DNA of 63,729 nt, filler included, from Atractiella rhizophila (lineage: Eukaryota): NCBI GenBank assembly GCA_021432655.1. It is 8 parts of 7 records of this genome, joined end to end, with 100 filler letters (N's around TTAATTAATTAA, not from the genome) between each part and the next. Parts side by side here need not be neighbours in the genome. Positions count along the whole stretch, not along the records: positions 16,440 to 42,369 come from MU271314.1; positions 42,470 to 49,170 come from MU271317.1; positions 49,271 to 50,419 come from MU271319.1; positions 50,520 to 55,239 come from MU271320.1; 4 more parts are not named here. One strand, given 5' to 3'. The translations under genes were made by a program, and so were the position numbers. Shown here one piece after another: positions 39,405-51,235 of the stretch (position 1 is the stretch's first letter; each line of letters begins with the position of its first letter). The notes beneath the pieces were generated by a model. The model searched no databases, was not told where the DNA came from, and saw only the letters and a list, made by a program, of their open reading frames with translations.

Positions 39405-41108
39405 TTGGTTTCACAGAAGGATGATCAAGGAACAGAGTCAATCGCACTGGTCCATCTAATTACCCCAGTAATGTTACGCCATGGCATTCCTATCCACCTC
39501 TCCATTCTTCCCTCTTTCCTTGGTCGAATACCTCCATCGGTTCACACGCTCCGGATCACGTTTGTCTTACCTATTCGACTCTGGAAGATCGACAACGGGC
39601 CATCGAAATTGACCTACTTCTCTCCGGAAATTCTCAAAAATGTGGTTGAATCCGATGGCGCCTTGAATCTTTGCATCACTTTGGAGGAGAAAAGTACTAC
39701 GGTGACTTTTGGGGATGGTACTACACATCATACATCCATGGATTCCGATAGCCTATCTGTAAAGCCCTTTACATGCACGTTTCATCTTCCAGATAATCGC
39801 TCTAAACTCATCTTCGAACCTGTCGCCCGATACTCTCAGGAGGAACAGGGTTTCGTTCCTGTCAGTGAATGGAATTCAACCATCCCATCCACCAGACTAG
39901 GGACCACCATCCAACTCACCTCGTCCCCAACTCGAATTCCAGGTGTTCTTCCATGCAGTATCGCGCAGCTCCCTACCGAGATCCTCTCTCTCGTCTTAGA
40001 CTTTCTTTCATTCGGCAATTACGAATACTCCATCAAAGGTGTCTCTGATGAACATCTCGTTTCCTTCATCCGAGTTTCTGCCGTCTGTCAGCTCTGGAAG
40101 GTTATCTCAGTCCCTTTTTTGAATGGAGATGTCTCTGTAAAGGAGAGGCATTCTCGCTTGAAAGTCTTTCCTGATGCAGGGCGTTTGTGGGAAGTTCTTC
40201 GGTTTGAGACAAGGTGGGACGATGGTATCAGCATTGAGATGGCAACAAACATCATCACTGGCTCGCCGAATGTTTCGTTAGTGACGACGGATGCATTTTG
40301 GAATGAAGAGGAGGCAAAGATTGTGTTGCATGCCATCGAAGGCTTGAGGAGGTTGGATTACGTAAACTTTGGAGGACGAGGGCTGAGGAGGTGGAAGAGG
40401 GAGGAGGTTGAGAGTTTTATGCGGAGGACGGGTCACAGGATCACATCCTTCTGTGCTTTCGACGTCGAGGACTCTATCCCTTCCGCATCGCCAGACCTTC
40501 AATTATCTTCTGCACTCAAACGCCTAGCGCTTCAGGCATACCCACCTCTCCCATCGCTCTCCTTCCCACAAACCCTGACGTTGTTGCGTCTCTCCGATAT
40601 GTGTCCCCTCCCTCCCTCCGTCTCAGGATCCTGTCTGCCGCCTCTTCTGGAACATCTTGACATCGCCCTTGCCCCCTACTCGCCTGATGGAAAGATCTCC
40701 GTCCTACTGACTCCGCTCGACTTATCACACCTTGAACATCTCACCCACCTTGAACTCGACGGTGGCCACGATACTTCAAACCTCGTTTTCCCTCAGTTCT
40801 TCCACACCCTCAGAAACGCAATAGGGATATCCTACATAGATGTTCGGTACTGTGTGGTGGACTGGGAATTCATCGGGGTTGTATTCTCAGATTTCATCCG
40901 CTGGTTCTTTGGGGATAGAGGGAAGATCGAGGTGTGGGATACGTTAGAAGAAGCTGAAAGATCGAGGAGAGATCGCTATTTAAAGGTTCAGCCATTCTTT
41001 GGAGAATGGCTTGAAGAAGAGATATGCGAAGCCAGTAGCACGTTGAGAGAGTTTGGGGTGAGCGGGGAGGACGAACATAGATGGGTTCGAGAAGGTGGAG
41101 CGGAGTGA
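39405..41108 (+). CDS. F-box-like protein with LRR-like C-terminus (true start uncertain)
   Basis: 567-aa ORF with IAQLPTEILSLVLDFL...VSAVCQLWK followed by LKRLAL, LEHLDI, LTHLEL repeats. Confidence 0.7.
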   Translation: MVSQKDDQGTESIALVHLITPVMLRHGIPIHLSILPSFLGRIPPSVHTLRITFVLPIRLWKIDNGPSKLTYFSPEILKNVVESDGALNLCITLEEKSTTVTFGDGTTHHTSMDSDSLSVKPFTCTFHLPDNRSKLIFEPVARYSQEEQGFVPVSEWNSTIPSTRLGTTIQLTSSPTRIPGVLPCSIAQLPTEILSLVLDFLSFGNYEYSIKGVSDEHLVSFIRVSAVCQLWKVISVPFLNGDVSVKERHSRLKVFPDAGRLWEVLRFETRWDDGISIEMATNIITGSPNVSLVTTDAFWNEEEAKIVLHAIEGLRRLDYVNFGGRGLRRWKREEVESFMRRTGHRITSFCAFDVEDSIPSASPDLQLSSALKRLALQAYPPLPSLSFPQTLTLLRLSDMCPLPPSVSGSCLPPLLEHLDIALAPYSPDGKISVLLTPLDLSHLEHLTHLELDGGHDTSNLVFPQFFHTLRNAIGISYIDVRYCVVDWEFIGVVFSDFIRWFFGDRGKIEVWDTLEEAERSRRDRYLKVQPFFGEWLEEEICEASSTLREFGVSGEDEHRWVREGGAE

Positions 41109-43558
41109 GACCGACGATACCCAGATTATTGACTCGTGTCTAGAGAAGACACGACGGGAAGGTACGAAGTTCATATCACCACCTCCTAACACAGCGTTGA
41201 AAATGGTTGACTAGGGACACGGCTGGAATTCGTTCAAAACGATGCCATCCATCCATCCATCCATCCATCGCCGCTCCGTCCATTCGACGTATCACATTTC
41301 ACAAAGTGTCCCTCCTTCCATCCTGCTGCTCTATGCCTCGTGCTCTACGGCTGAAAGGAAACTTCCAACCCGGTTCGCAGAGAGCCTTTCCGTACGCACT
41401 ACGCCCTATTCCTGGAGTGATTCGGTTGTGTAACAATTCTGCACTGGTCCTTGGGGGATCGAGAGACGAGGGATATGGATGCTCACAGAGATGGATGGGT
41501 AGAGGAGGATATCGAAATTGCCGCTAAGGATCATTCTATTCCTTGAAGACGACATGAGACGATAGGCTCTTGAGGAGGATGCTTAGGGTCCGAAAAGTCC
41601 CGCACCAGTAATAATGGTAGGAGGCAAGAGCCGTCACCATCAATTTGGGTTGGAAGATCATTTTAATGGAATAAGTATCTTGCAATATAGAAAGGTTCAC
41701 CAAAACTTTACATCTGGCTTAATTCGAACTCCCATCGATCCAACCTTCCACAGCATCCAATAAATCGGATAACAAACACGTTTCGTCGCCTTTGCATTCA
41801 ACTAGCTCGAATATCAAACCACTCTTCCCTACCCTACACAAACTCTAAACCAACAATCTACTTCACCTCCTGTCCATGTACAGATTCATTCCACCAGATG
41901 TCTCCCTTGTATCTTTTTGAGCGTTCCGAAGGAGATCCTCGTTGCGTGTTCCTGCGCTTTGGAAAGCTAGATGGAGGGAGCCCATTGTTGGTTGGACAGA
42001 AGGTATTGACGTAACTGAATGCAGATTGTAGTGATGGCAGCTGAGTTGTGGAGCTAGAATCTGTAAGACCAAAGAGATATCTGATGTTGAAGATGGTTCC
42101 CATGGCTTGTTGACGGGTATAAACGCACTATTATTTCGTCCACCATCAACCTCCCTAAACCATAGCAAGAAAAAGAACGCGCACTCCGTTAAAAGTAGCA
42201 ATCAGTAATCGCTGTCCGCATCCGCACCATCCATCTCACTCTCACTACTAGTCGCCGTCATGCCCGTCCCATTCGTTCCACCGGTCGCACCTCCATTATC
42301 ACTATCCTCCTGTGGCACAGCCGGCCCGCCCGTCCTCTCCTCCGCACCCTCCTCAGCCGCCATCTCCATNNNNNNNNNNNNNNNNNNNNNNNNNNNNNNN
42401 NNNNNNNNNNNNNTTAATTAATTAANNNNNNNNNNNNNNNNNNNNNNNNNNNNNNNNNNNNNNNNNNNNTGGCGTCAACATTTTAACTTCTGCCCACAGC
42501 AGAAAATGGAGTCAGCTGTTAAGTTATGTTGTCGCAAAGCTCTCAATTCCTGAACAAAGGCGGGTGGTGTCAAATGCCAGTGAAGGAGTGTCAGCTACGG
42601 ACTGGTAAACAGAAATAAATCATCACATTGAAGGATACCCAATAGCTTAGCCCATTTTCGAATCAAATCATGCAACGGCGTAATGCCATTGCCTATGGAG
42701 ATAGCAGCTAAGAACAGGGAACTTTGTCAACAACAACAGCTACAACTGATCATGCCCAACTCCGGAAAGAACAAGATGAGGGAGTCTTTCGCTTATCTAC
42801 ACAGAATCGTAATATGCCGTCCTTACCAGCATGATACATGCCAGGATCACAAGCATGCTCAAGTCTGCCTTGTGGCAGCGCCGCCAATCTTCACAGGACA
42901 CCTGAGAAACACAGAGAACCAGGACTCACCAGTCACCGAGTTTCTCAGATCAGCATTACTCTCTAAACACTGAATGAACAGGTTCACTCCCAGTTGGATA
43001 CCCAATGTTTTCTGATATCGTCGTTTCTGTGTAAGTCGACGCGTGGGAGTCATTCGCGCTGCTGCGGAAACGTGATCTCCTCCGTGCGCCACGTTTGCGA
43101 ACTGATCGTTTATAAGGCGTCTCTGCATCTTTGGGCTAGGGCTCCAGTGCGACTGAAATAAGAAACGTGCAGCGTCGTTTTTTGGTACAACTTGAGAAGT
43201 GGAAACGAGGTTTACAGGCATTGGCATAAATCAAAGTGAGTACAGTGTGCTGTTTGTATTGAGAGGGGCTCATGGAAGTGGCAAATAAATATTGCATCGA
43301 ACGGTGTGCTTGAAGCAGCTGAAACGGAAGAAGGCTTTGCGAATTGCTATAATGCCCGAATGAGGCGTTGTGAGCACCAATATTTAGCTAATCTGTTTCC
43401 CTCTTTCTTCATGGACCCTTTTGAGGTGTCTGTATTGAGGATAACCTAAGAGAAATGCTGGTTGATATGTTGTAGTCACTACGTTTGATATGGTTTTTTT
43501 TGCAGAATATTGCCCTTTTGCATGGTTGATTTGACCATGATTTGTTGCAGACATCAAC

Positions 43559-44558
43559 ATGACACGGACACGTCGTATTCCGCTGGATAATTTGAGTGCA
43601 TTGACGCTTTATTCGGATCGGATGACAACAGCACGACGCGGTGACCCCATCCCTCAGCTGACTTGCGAAGGGAAATATTGCTCATACTTCACGCCTGACA
43701 TCGTTCAGTGCTCGAACCAAGGCTCTTCTTCCCCTGGCAACGTCGAATGGAAGGTATTAGCATGCTTATTCTTGAAGAATATCTGTCAATCCTAATGTAT
43801 TTGTTTGGTTCAAAGTGCGAAGCCGATCTCCCCGAATCTCTCTCCTTCTCCCGCATCGAGGTCTCCTGCGAAGGATGGGACTCTTCTTCCGATCCTTACG
43901 TCTTAGCTGGTTCATGCGGTCTCACATATTCTCTCAAGCCGAACCCGCACTACAAAGGTTCTGAGCAGAAGCGCTCGTTTAGCTCTCGAGGTGAGACTGA
44001 CTGGCCACAACGTCTCTTCTGGGGAATCTTCGCCCTGGTCGCGCTTTGGATCGCTTATGGATTCGTACTGCGACTTCTGCAATCTAACGGGAGTAGACCT
44101 CGTAATACATCTTCCTCGGGAAGGCGAAGTGGGTGGGGTGGTGGTGGTGGTGGTGGTGGCGGTTGTGGATGGGGAGGAGGAGGAGGAGGACCTGGATTCG
44201 GAGGTGGTGGTTCATCATATCCCTCCAAGCCATCTACCACATCCAGTTCTTCATCCGAAGGATGGCGTCCAGGGTATGCTATCCTCCTCTTCTCCTCTCG
44301 TCTAGTGATTCACAACAAATTAGGTTCTGGACAGGTCTTGCAGCAGGAGCTGCAGCAGATAGGTTGTTTACGAATCGGCAGCAGCAGGCCCCTCCGCGTT
44401 ATACGACGACAACGGGAAGGTCTCTGTTCGACCGTGACGAGGATCGATACAACCCTACATACATCAGACCAGAGCCCCGTGCCAGTGGTAGTGGGAGTGG
44501 AAGTGCAGGAGGTTCGATGAGGAGCACAAGCGGGTTTGGGGGAACTAGGAATCGGTAA
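43559..44558 (+). CDS. SARAF/TMEM66-like membrane protein
   Basis: LTLYSDRMTTARR..PIPQLTC, VQC.NQG, EWK/CEADLP, VSCEGW...DPYVLAGSCGL, one TM helix, Gly-rich tail, FWTG, STSGFGGTRNR*. Confidence 0.88.
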
Positions 44559-44856
44559 CTTCTTTGAGTTAAACTTGTAACAATGGCTCCAATGGTGATG
44601 TACAACTTGATGTCATGAATAAGGATGTGCGACTGATTTACAAGCTGATTGTTGCTGGACGCTATGACTGATCGTCACCTAGTCGATAAGGAAAAGGACC
44701 TAGTAGACCCATTCTCGAGAAACGGAACTGATGGAATAGTTAATATGGGATCGGGTTGCGTGTAGATGTTTTCGAGATGAAAAAATCATGATTTCATGTG
44801 TCATACTCCATAATCACCTGCCACACCGTCACAAACCTCCAACGTGCCCCTTTCAC

Positions 44857-45858
44857 TTAAGCCTCGATAGCAGCCGGGGCCCGCCTCTTTCCTCCAGCCT
44901 TCGCAGAAAGGCTTGATGTGGCAGAAGCTTTCGGCACCTCACGGTCTTCTTGAGCAGTGATGATCTACACCAACGTGATGAATACCGTCAGTCATTGCGG
45001 AACAGGATGCATGGTCGAGTGGAGGAAGGAAAACAGTGACGGAACACAAACCTCAATGTGACAGGGGTGACCCTGGTAGGGGTTAATCCTACCGTGAGCG
45101 CGGTATGTTCGGCGGCGGGTTTTCTGGCATCTGCAGTCAGCTTGGGAGCAGGAATCAAAGGACAGGGAAACATACGGGAGCCTGCTGGACGACGATGTTC
45201 TTGATGCTGAGTTCATCCTCAACCAAGTTGTTAACTACGGCGTTGGCGGCAGCGTTCTTGATTAGCCCCAGAAGAAACTTTGCCGACTTGACTGGCCACC
45301 TTCCTGCTCATCTCACAGATTATTAGTATAAGCGAACAGAAGAGCGGAAGAAACGGACCCTGAGTAGCCTTGAAAGCCTTGGCCTGAGCAGTCCTTCCAA
45401 CACCTCCGTTGTGCCTCCTGAAAGGAACACACTGTTTGTGCTCAATCACATCCTCGAGATAAGTGATAGCTTTCGATACTCGCATTCCATTGACAGCTGC
45501 CGCAGTCTCGAGGGTGTTTTTGAAGTGAACGCGAAGATAGCTGCACCACATAAAGTGTTGTCAGTATACCCTCCGACACTTCTCTTCTCTGCTCAATCTG
45601 GTGCTGCGGATCTGGATTGGAATGAGAATACTAACCTCCCTCGGCTCCTGCCCACCTTGAGCTTCTCGGTTTTATCACCAATCAAGTGGCTAGAAGCGTA
45701 TTTGCCCTGGTTGTGCGAGAGTGAGGTGAAATGAGATGTGCAAGTGTATGATTAGGTGGGAGGGTTCGACCGCAAGTGCATCAGAAATGGCGGGAAAAAG
45801 GCAATAAAAATGGTCTGTATCAGAGACACACAATATGAGCGAGCAGAAACCTCACCAT
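44857..45858 (-). CDS. RPL17: 60S ribosomal protein L17 (uL22), multi-exon
   Basis: [54 protein letters not shown]-only first exon. Confidence 0.96.
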
Positions 45859-47362
45859 TTTGGAGAGTTAGTAAGAGAACGGATACAGAAGGGAGGAGAG
45901 AGTCAAACCGCGAAAGCAAGAACAAAAACAACGAGCCACGATAATCCGTACGGAACCTTACTCGGGCCTTCTTGACACACGTTGAACACTGCGGCCCCCA
46001 ATCTAAGAGCGCGGAAGAGTTCAGAACAGAAACATGACGGGTGGATGATTACCTCTACGGATGAATTCTAGCTCCATCAGCCGTGTATAAGTTGCTTGCC
46101 CGAGGTCTGACGCTTAACGTAGGAGTCCATTGTTTGGCTCTCAGGATTATGTTTCTTATGTCTGCGAATGATATGACGGTGTGAATCACTACTAGTGTGG
46201 ATGGCAGGATCTCCTTTCACCATCAGCTCTTGAAGCTGTAGTTATAAGGCGACTAGAAGGCGTCCGTCGCTTAGAGTACGGTCCTGAGCCATCAATGGCA
46301 GAGTTTTTTAAAACACCATTAGCTACACAGAGATAACTACAAGCACTATCTACTCTATGAGGAACTCCTTAACAATTTTCTCATTGTCGCGCTGTTCCCT
46401 TTTCACTGCCGTCTCTCCTCTCCGACGGTGGAAGTCAACAATCAGAAAATCTGCAAGGTCCTCCTCCTTCAGTGTCGGGTTCTCGATAAGGCAACCGTAG
46501 CACAACCTTCAGCTTCTCGGTTTTATCACCAATCAAGTGGCTAGAAGCGTATTTGCCCTGGTTGTGCGAGAGTGAGGTGAAATGAGATGTGCAAGTGTAG
46601 GATTAGGTGGGAGGGTTCGACCGCAAGTGCATCAGAAATGGCGGGAAAAAGGCAATAAAAATGGTCTGTATCAGAGACACGCAATATGGGCGAGCAGAAA
46701 CCTCACCATTTTGGAGAGTTAGTAAGAGAACGGATACAGAAGGGAGGAGAGAGTCAAACCGCGAAAGCAAAAACAAAAACAACGAGCCACGATAATCCGT
46801 ACGGAACTTTACTCGGGCCTTCTTGACACACGTTGAACACGCGGCCCCTGTATCACAATCGAAGAGCGCGGAACAGTTTAGAACAGAAACATGACCGGTG
46901 GATGATTACCTCCACGGATGAATTCTAGCTCCATCAGCCGTGTTATAAGTTGCTTCCCCAAGGTCTGACGCTTAAACGTAGGAGTCCATTGTTTGGCTCT
47001 CAGGATTATGTTTCTTAATGTCTGCGAATAATATGACGGTGTGAATCACTAGTGTGGATGGCAGGATCTCCTTTCACCATCAGCTCTTGAAGCTGTAGTT
47101 CTAAGGCGACTAGAAGGCGTCCGTCGCTTAGAGTACGGTCCTGAGCCATCAATGGCAGAGTTTTTTAAAACACGATTAGCTACACAGAGATAACTACAAG
47201 CGCTATCTACTCTATGAGGAACTCCTTAACAATTTTCTCATTGTCGCGCTGTTCCCTTTTCACTACCGTCTCTCCTCTCCGACGGTGGAAGTCAACAATC
47301 AGAAAATCTGCAAGGTCCTCCTCCTTCAGTGTCGGGTTCTCGATAAGGCAACCGTAGCACAA
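45654..47362. repeat. Tandem duplication of ~851 bp (45654-46505 matches 46505-47362) covering the RPL17 5' end/promoter and the NCS2 3' end
   Basis: Duplicated ORFs at 45756 and 46607; the copies differ by scattered substitutions and small indels. Confidence 0.95.
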
Positions 47363-48614
47363 ATAATCCGTCGCGTCTGCATCTAAATCCATATCCTCCT
47401 CCTTCCGACCGTGTAGTGTGGTGATGGAGATTTTCTCTCGCCAAATCTTCGACCCTCGTTCAGACGGCCTGATAAAGGTCAAACACACTTCCCCTAGTAA
47501 AACAAGGCTTACATTCCACAAAGAAGGCAGCTGTTGTTTCCTGGCTGCTCGGAACGGATTCCGACTTTCGCGACAGTCTTCATGATGGTTGGTACGGTGT
47601 TAGGCATGGCGTCGTCGAGGCCATCAACAAATTCTGTACGAACATGAGCCAGATTTACCACCAAAAAGTTACTTACCTCGACAAATGGTTTTGATGCTCT
47701 TCGGCCCTGCCTTGTCTGCTTGTCTAGGAGCTCTCTCAATGTCTTTAGCATCGCAGAAAAGCTGTAACTCTTTCCGCGCGACACCAGCAAGCGGCCTCAC
47801 GCCGACTGTGTGTAGCCCCTCTTTGGTCTTTCCAGAGTTCCACAAGTTGCCCACCTCCTCAGCTAAAGCCCACCCCCTTCCATTCGATATGCACTCGATG
47901 GCTTTTCCGGCTAAAGAAGTCGCATTGTTGCAGAAGATGAAGATTGAAACGGAGGGGTAAAGATCTTGTAGAGCAATCACAGTCGAGGACGACGATTTTG
48001 GTATGGGATTCTGCTTGAATGGGACGGAGAGTTGATCGCAGAAAGCCTGAAGATTCGACGCCTCACTAGTATCGCCATCCGAAAAATGCACGACAGTTGT
48101 GTAACCGAAAATCTTTGGCTTTAGTTTCCGTTTGAGGCCATCGTTGACATTGTACAATTGCTCCGGAGCATCTGACGTTGAAAAGAGTGAGGCGATAAAG
48201 TTGATCATGGCTCTGCTGTTGGATCAGTACACCCGAAACGATAGCATGAGCCCCATACCTTGATCCGTCATTGTCCTTTGCAGCGATCACTACTCGTGGT
48301 AGTGGTCCATTTTTCCGTCGAGAATTCAGATGCCTCTCCCGTTCCAAAGCGAGCTCCAAACTGCGACGAATCTTGGAGCCTGTGTTGATGAGAAAACAAG
48401 GGCTATCAAAGGATAACTTAGCAGTCGTCCATGTTCGATGAAGCAGAAAAACAAACCGACAGTAAACGATGTTGGTGCCTAGACTAGCATATATGGAAAC
48501 GGATGGGTCTTTACAGCGAAGGCAAACCTGGGGTTGATTCTTTGAGACAGGTAAATTAACTGAAGCGGCGTCTTCTGGTTCAAGTTCATCGCCTAGCCGT
48601 CCACAGGAAGCCAT
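47207..48614 (-). CDS. NCS2: Cytoplasmic tRNA 2-thiolation protein 2
   Basis: N-terminal CxxC...CxxC, SLAGKAIECISNGRG, VRPL, FVDGLD..MPNTVPTIMKT..K, CLLCG, LCYGC. Confidence 0.8.
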
Positions 48615-49270
48615 ATCAACGCCACTGATTGCCTCGTAAGCCTGACCAAAGATAATAGAATTCTGGACTCTTGGGGAGAAATATATTATTGGCCCGGGCA
48701 AGCAAGAAAAAGTTCAAGAGCTCAGTAATCTCTGCAATAATCTGATATTGATAATGGTGGTTGTCGAGGATAGGATGACTCATTGCGGTACGCGGAACCT
48801 AATCATGGCTTGAAGAAAAAATTGTTTTATTGGGTATTTTGCAAGCACTTGGGTAACGGTTGGAAAGAATGAGGTACAGGATGTCCTGTCTGACACGGTA
48901 GAATTGCCGAATTTACAACAGCCTTTTGGGGAGGATGAAGCTACAATACGGCATTTCAATCACTGCATCCTTGGGACAAAAAAGGAAGTGGAACGCACTC
49001 GGCAGCCTTCACAATGGTATCTTCGATGTTGAATAACTTTGAGGTATCGATCACATTAGGCAGACAACTGAGCCCATTGTCGTCCTGCCTTTTCAAGTTC
49101 CTCGAGCTTCCATTTCTCCTTGAATGACGCTTCCGATGCAGATCTATCGCTCTTCGCCTCTTCAAACGCTNNNNNNNNNNNNNNNNNNNNNNNNNNNNNN
49201 NNNNNNNNNNNNNNTTAATTAATTAANNNNNNNNNNNNNNNNNNNNNNNNNNNNNNNNNNNNNNNNNNNN

Positions 49271-49491
49271 TCAGTTGCAGCTTGTTGTAGTCCGGGATTG
49301 TTGAATTCCTGAAGCAGAGTGCGACATGAGACAGGTACCAGCTCATAAACAAACACTCACTCCACCTTCTTCGTTCTTCTCCTCTTTGCCTCACTCATGG
49401 CCGTCCCATCCTCATTATTCTTAACAGCCAGGTCCACCTCTGTTCTCTTTCTCTTGCTCTTTCCTGAATCTACGTCTCCTGTGCTCGCCAT
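49271..49491 (-). CDS. 5' end of an unknown gene with a basic NLS-like N-terminus, cut by the spacer
   Basis: MASTGDVDSGKSKRKRTE...AKRRRTKKV followed by a GTGAGT donor. Confidence 0.4.
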
Positions 49492-49709
49492 TTTGAATGA
49501 TATGGAACGCGTAATCCTGTCCAATGACAGCGAATATGGTGGATAAATAATGCGGCGAGTAATGACCGTGGGAGAGAGAAGTGGGGTTTGAAGAGAGGGA
49601 AAGGCGGGGTAGGAGCACGGCGCCTACGTCGTTTGGCAGCCGTCTTTGCGCTGTCGCAGTCTATAAGTCACCTCAGAAAAAAAAACAAGCGCCACGGGTG
49701 AAAACTCAC

Positions 49710-49917
49710 TAGGTGTCCGTCATTGGCCCATCCCCCCGAACCGCAGGTCACCGTAAACCGCACCGTACCGTAATATCCCAGGCCGGAACGGTCGATACGG
49801 TGGAATGGAGCGAATCGAATCGTATCGTAACCGTCATGGAAAATCTCGTGCGGACGGTTACGATAGGGCTACCGAGCCGTACCGTAGCGGTACGGACGGT
49901 TGCGGTGGACAGCCCTA
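49710..49917. mobile_element. Possible non-autonomous TIR element or terminal remnant (hAT-like)
   Basis: Imperfect inverted ends TAGGTGTCC...GGACAGCCCTA and many ACCGT/ACGGT subterminal repeats; no TSD seen. Confidence 0.45.
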
Positions 49918-50519
49918 GGCGGAGCAGGAGTCACGAACGTTTGACGGTGCTGCGGTGCTGCGTTTCTGGAGTCGACTACACTATCCGATAGTCAATGAGT
50001 CTAGTTCGATTTTGACGTCGGTTAATTAACGCCAATTTTGAGTACCAGACACATGTCGAAATACTCCTCCAATCCTCCAATCCTGCTTCTGTCGTACAAC
50101 GACCTCTCTGGAACTTATCATCCACCTTTACCTTAATAGGACTGCGGCATGATCTGTTGAGCTCCAAATGGGCAAAAGTGGTGTTCGTCCTGCTTGTTTT
50201 GTGGGCTGCGGATATCGGGAATTAAGTCTGCAACAAACTGCTCCGAGTTTATAAAAACGATGATAAAATGATTGATGTGAAGCGCGCCAACCTGAACGTC
50301 GCAGTGTTTTACCAAGGGGTTGTGATTCCATCCACTCATAATCCCAACTGACACAACTTCAACCTGCCCAACTCCGGTTCCTCAATCTTACTCTTTTCCT
50401 TAAGACATAGACTTCTTCANNNNNNNNNNNNNNNNNNNNNNNNNNNNNNNNNNNNNNNNNNNNTTAATTAATTAANNNNNNNNNNNNNNNNNNNNNNNNN
50501 NNNNNNNNNNNNNNNNNNN

Positions 50520-51210
50520 AAGTTAACGAGTTCAGGGAGCTTCTCGATAATCTTTTCGCTTTCGGCACGCTCCTTTCTCATGCATCGCAGCTCTCTCCCC
50601 GTGCTCCCCGACTGGGACCGTCCCTCTTTCATCTGTTCCTCCTCTTCCGTATTCAAGTGATCCGTACCTCCTTGCTCCATATCACCCTCCTTCCAAGTTT
50701 CAGGTTTACTAGGTAGCGGAGCCCATTTCAACTGACAAACAGTGTCTGTCAAAGGTTCGGAGTCTTTGCATGGTACCGTCCATGGTGCGTGGATTGGTGC
50801 GCCAGTGTGTGCAGACAGTAAGAACAGAATGGGTGAAGAAGTTGAAAAATGCATCGCGACGGAAAGCAGGAGACCTAGACTACAAGTCAGAATTTGCTTT
50901 TCGACATTCTTTCGAACATTCAAAGCATCTTAACAATGCAGCTCAGGCCCCAGGTTCCCAGTCGACTCCATTAAAAAGGGAACAGCTATACAATATCCCC
51001 GCTCAAGGCATGTTTCACACGCAGATCGTGCAACAACTTGCAAGCACTCTAGAGTGAAACACCATAATTCCGTAGATAGACTTATGAAGCAAGCAAGCTC
51101 GAGGCACCAACAAACATCACCTCAATGCAGCAATAAACGGCGTACCATCTGGGCTCCACTCAATATCAGCGATGGTCCCTTTTTGATTCTCCCATTCCCA
51201 AGTCCAAACC
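50520..51210 (-). CDS. APC4: Anaphase-promoting complex subunit 4, N-terminal WD40 region, partial (its start lies in the mirrored block at 52978-53153)
   Basis: Reconstructed MSPLYEL...SICPTMDIVVL...LWCYRMNGGELVWTWEWENQKGTIADIEWSPDG/LLLSVA, matching the Apc4 CP.MD...RLNG..VW...W.PDG pattern. Confidence 0.75.
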
Positions 51211-51235
51211 NNNNNNNNNNNNNNNNNNNNNNNNN

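Noticed and set aside
41858..43227. Short ORFs on either side of the spacer at 42370
   Set aside because: No recognisable motifs or consistent exon chain could be built.
44131..44210. GGT/GGA triplet runs
   Set aside because: They encode the Gly-rich tail of the SARAF-like protein; the poly-Trp and poly-Pro ORFs are alternate-frame shadows.
49976..50419. Stop-interrupted ORF as a pseudogene
   Set aside because: No family identifiable from the sequence alone.
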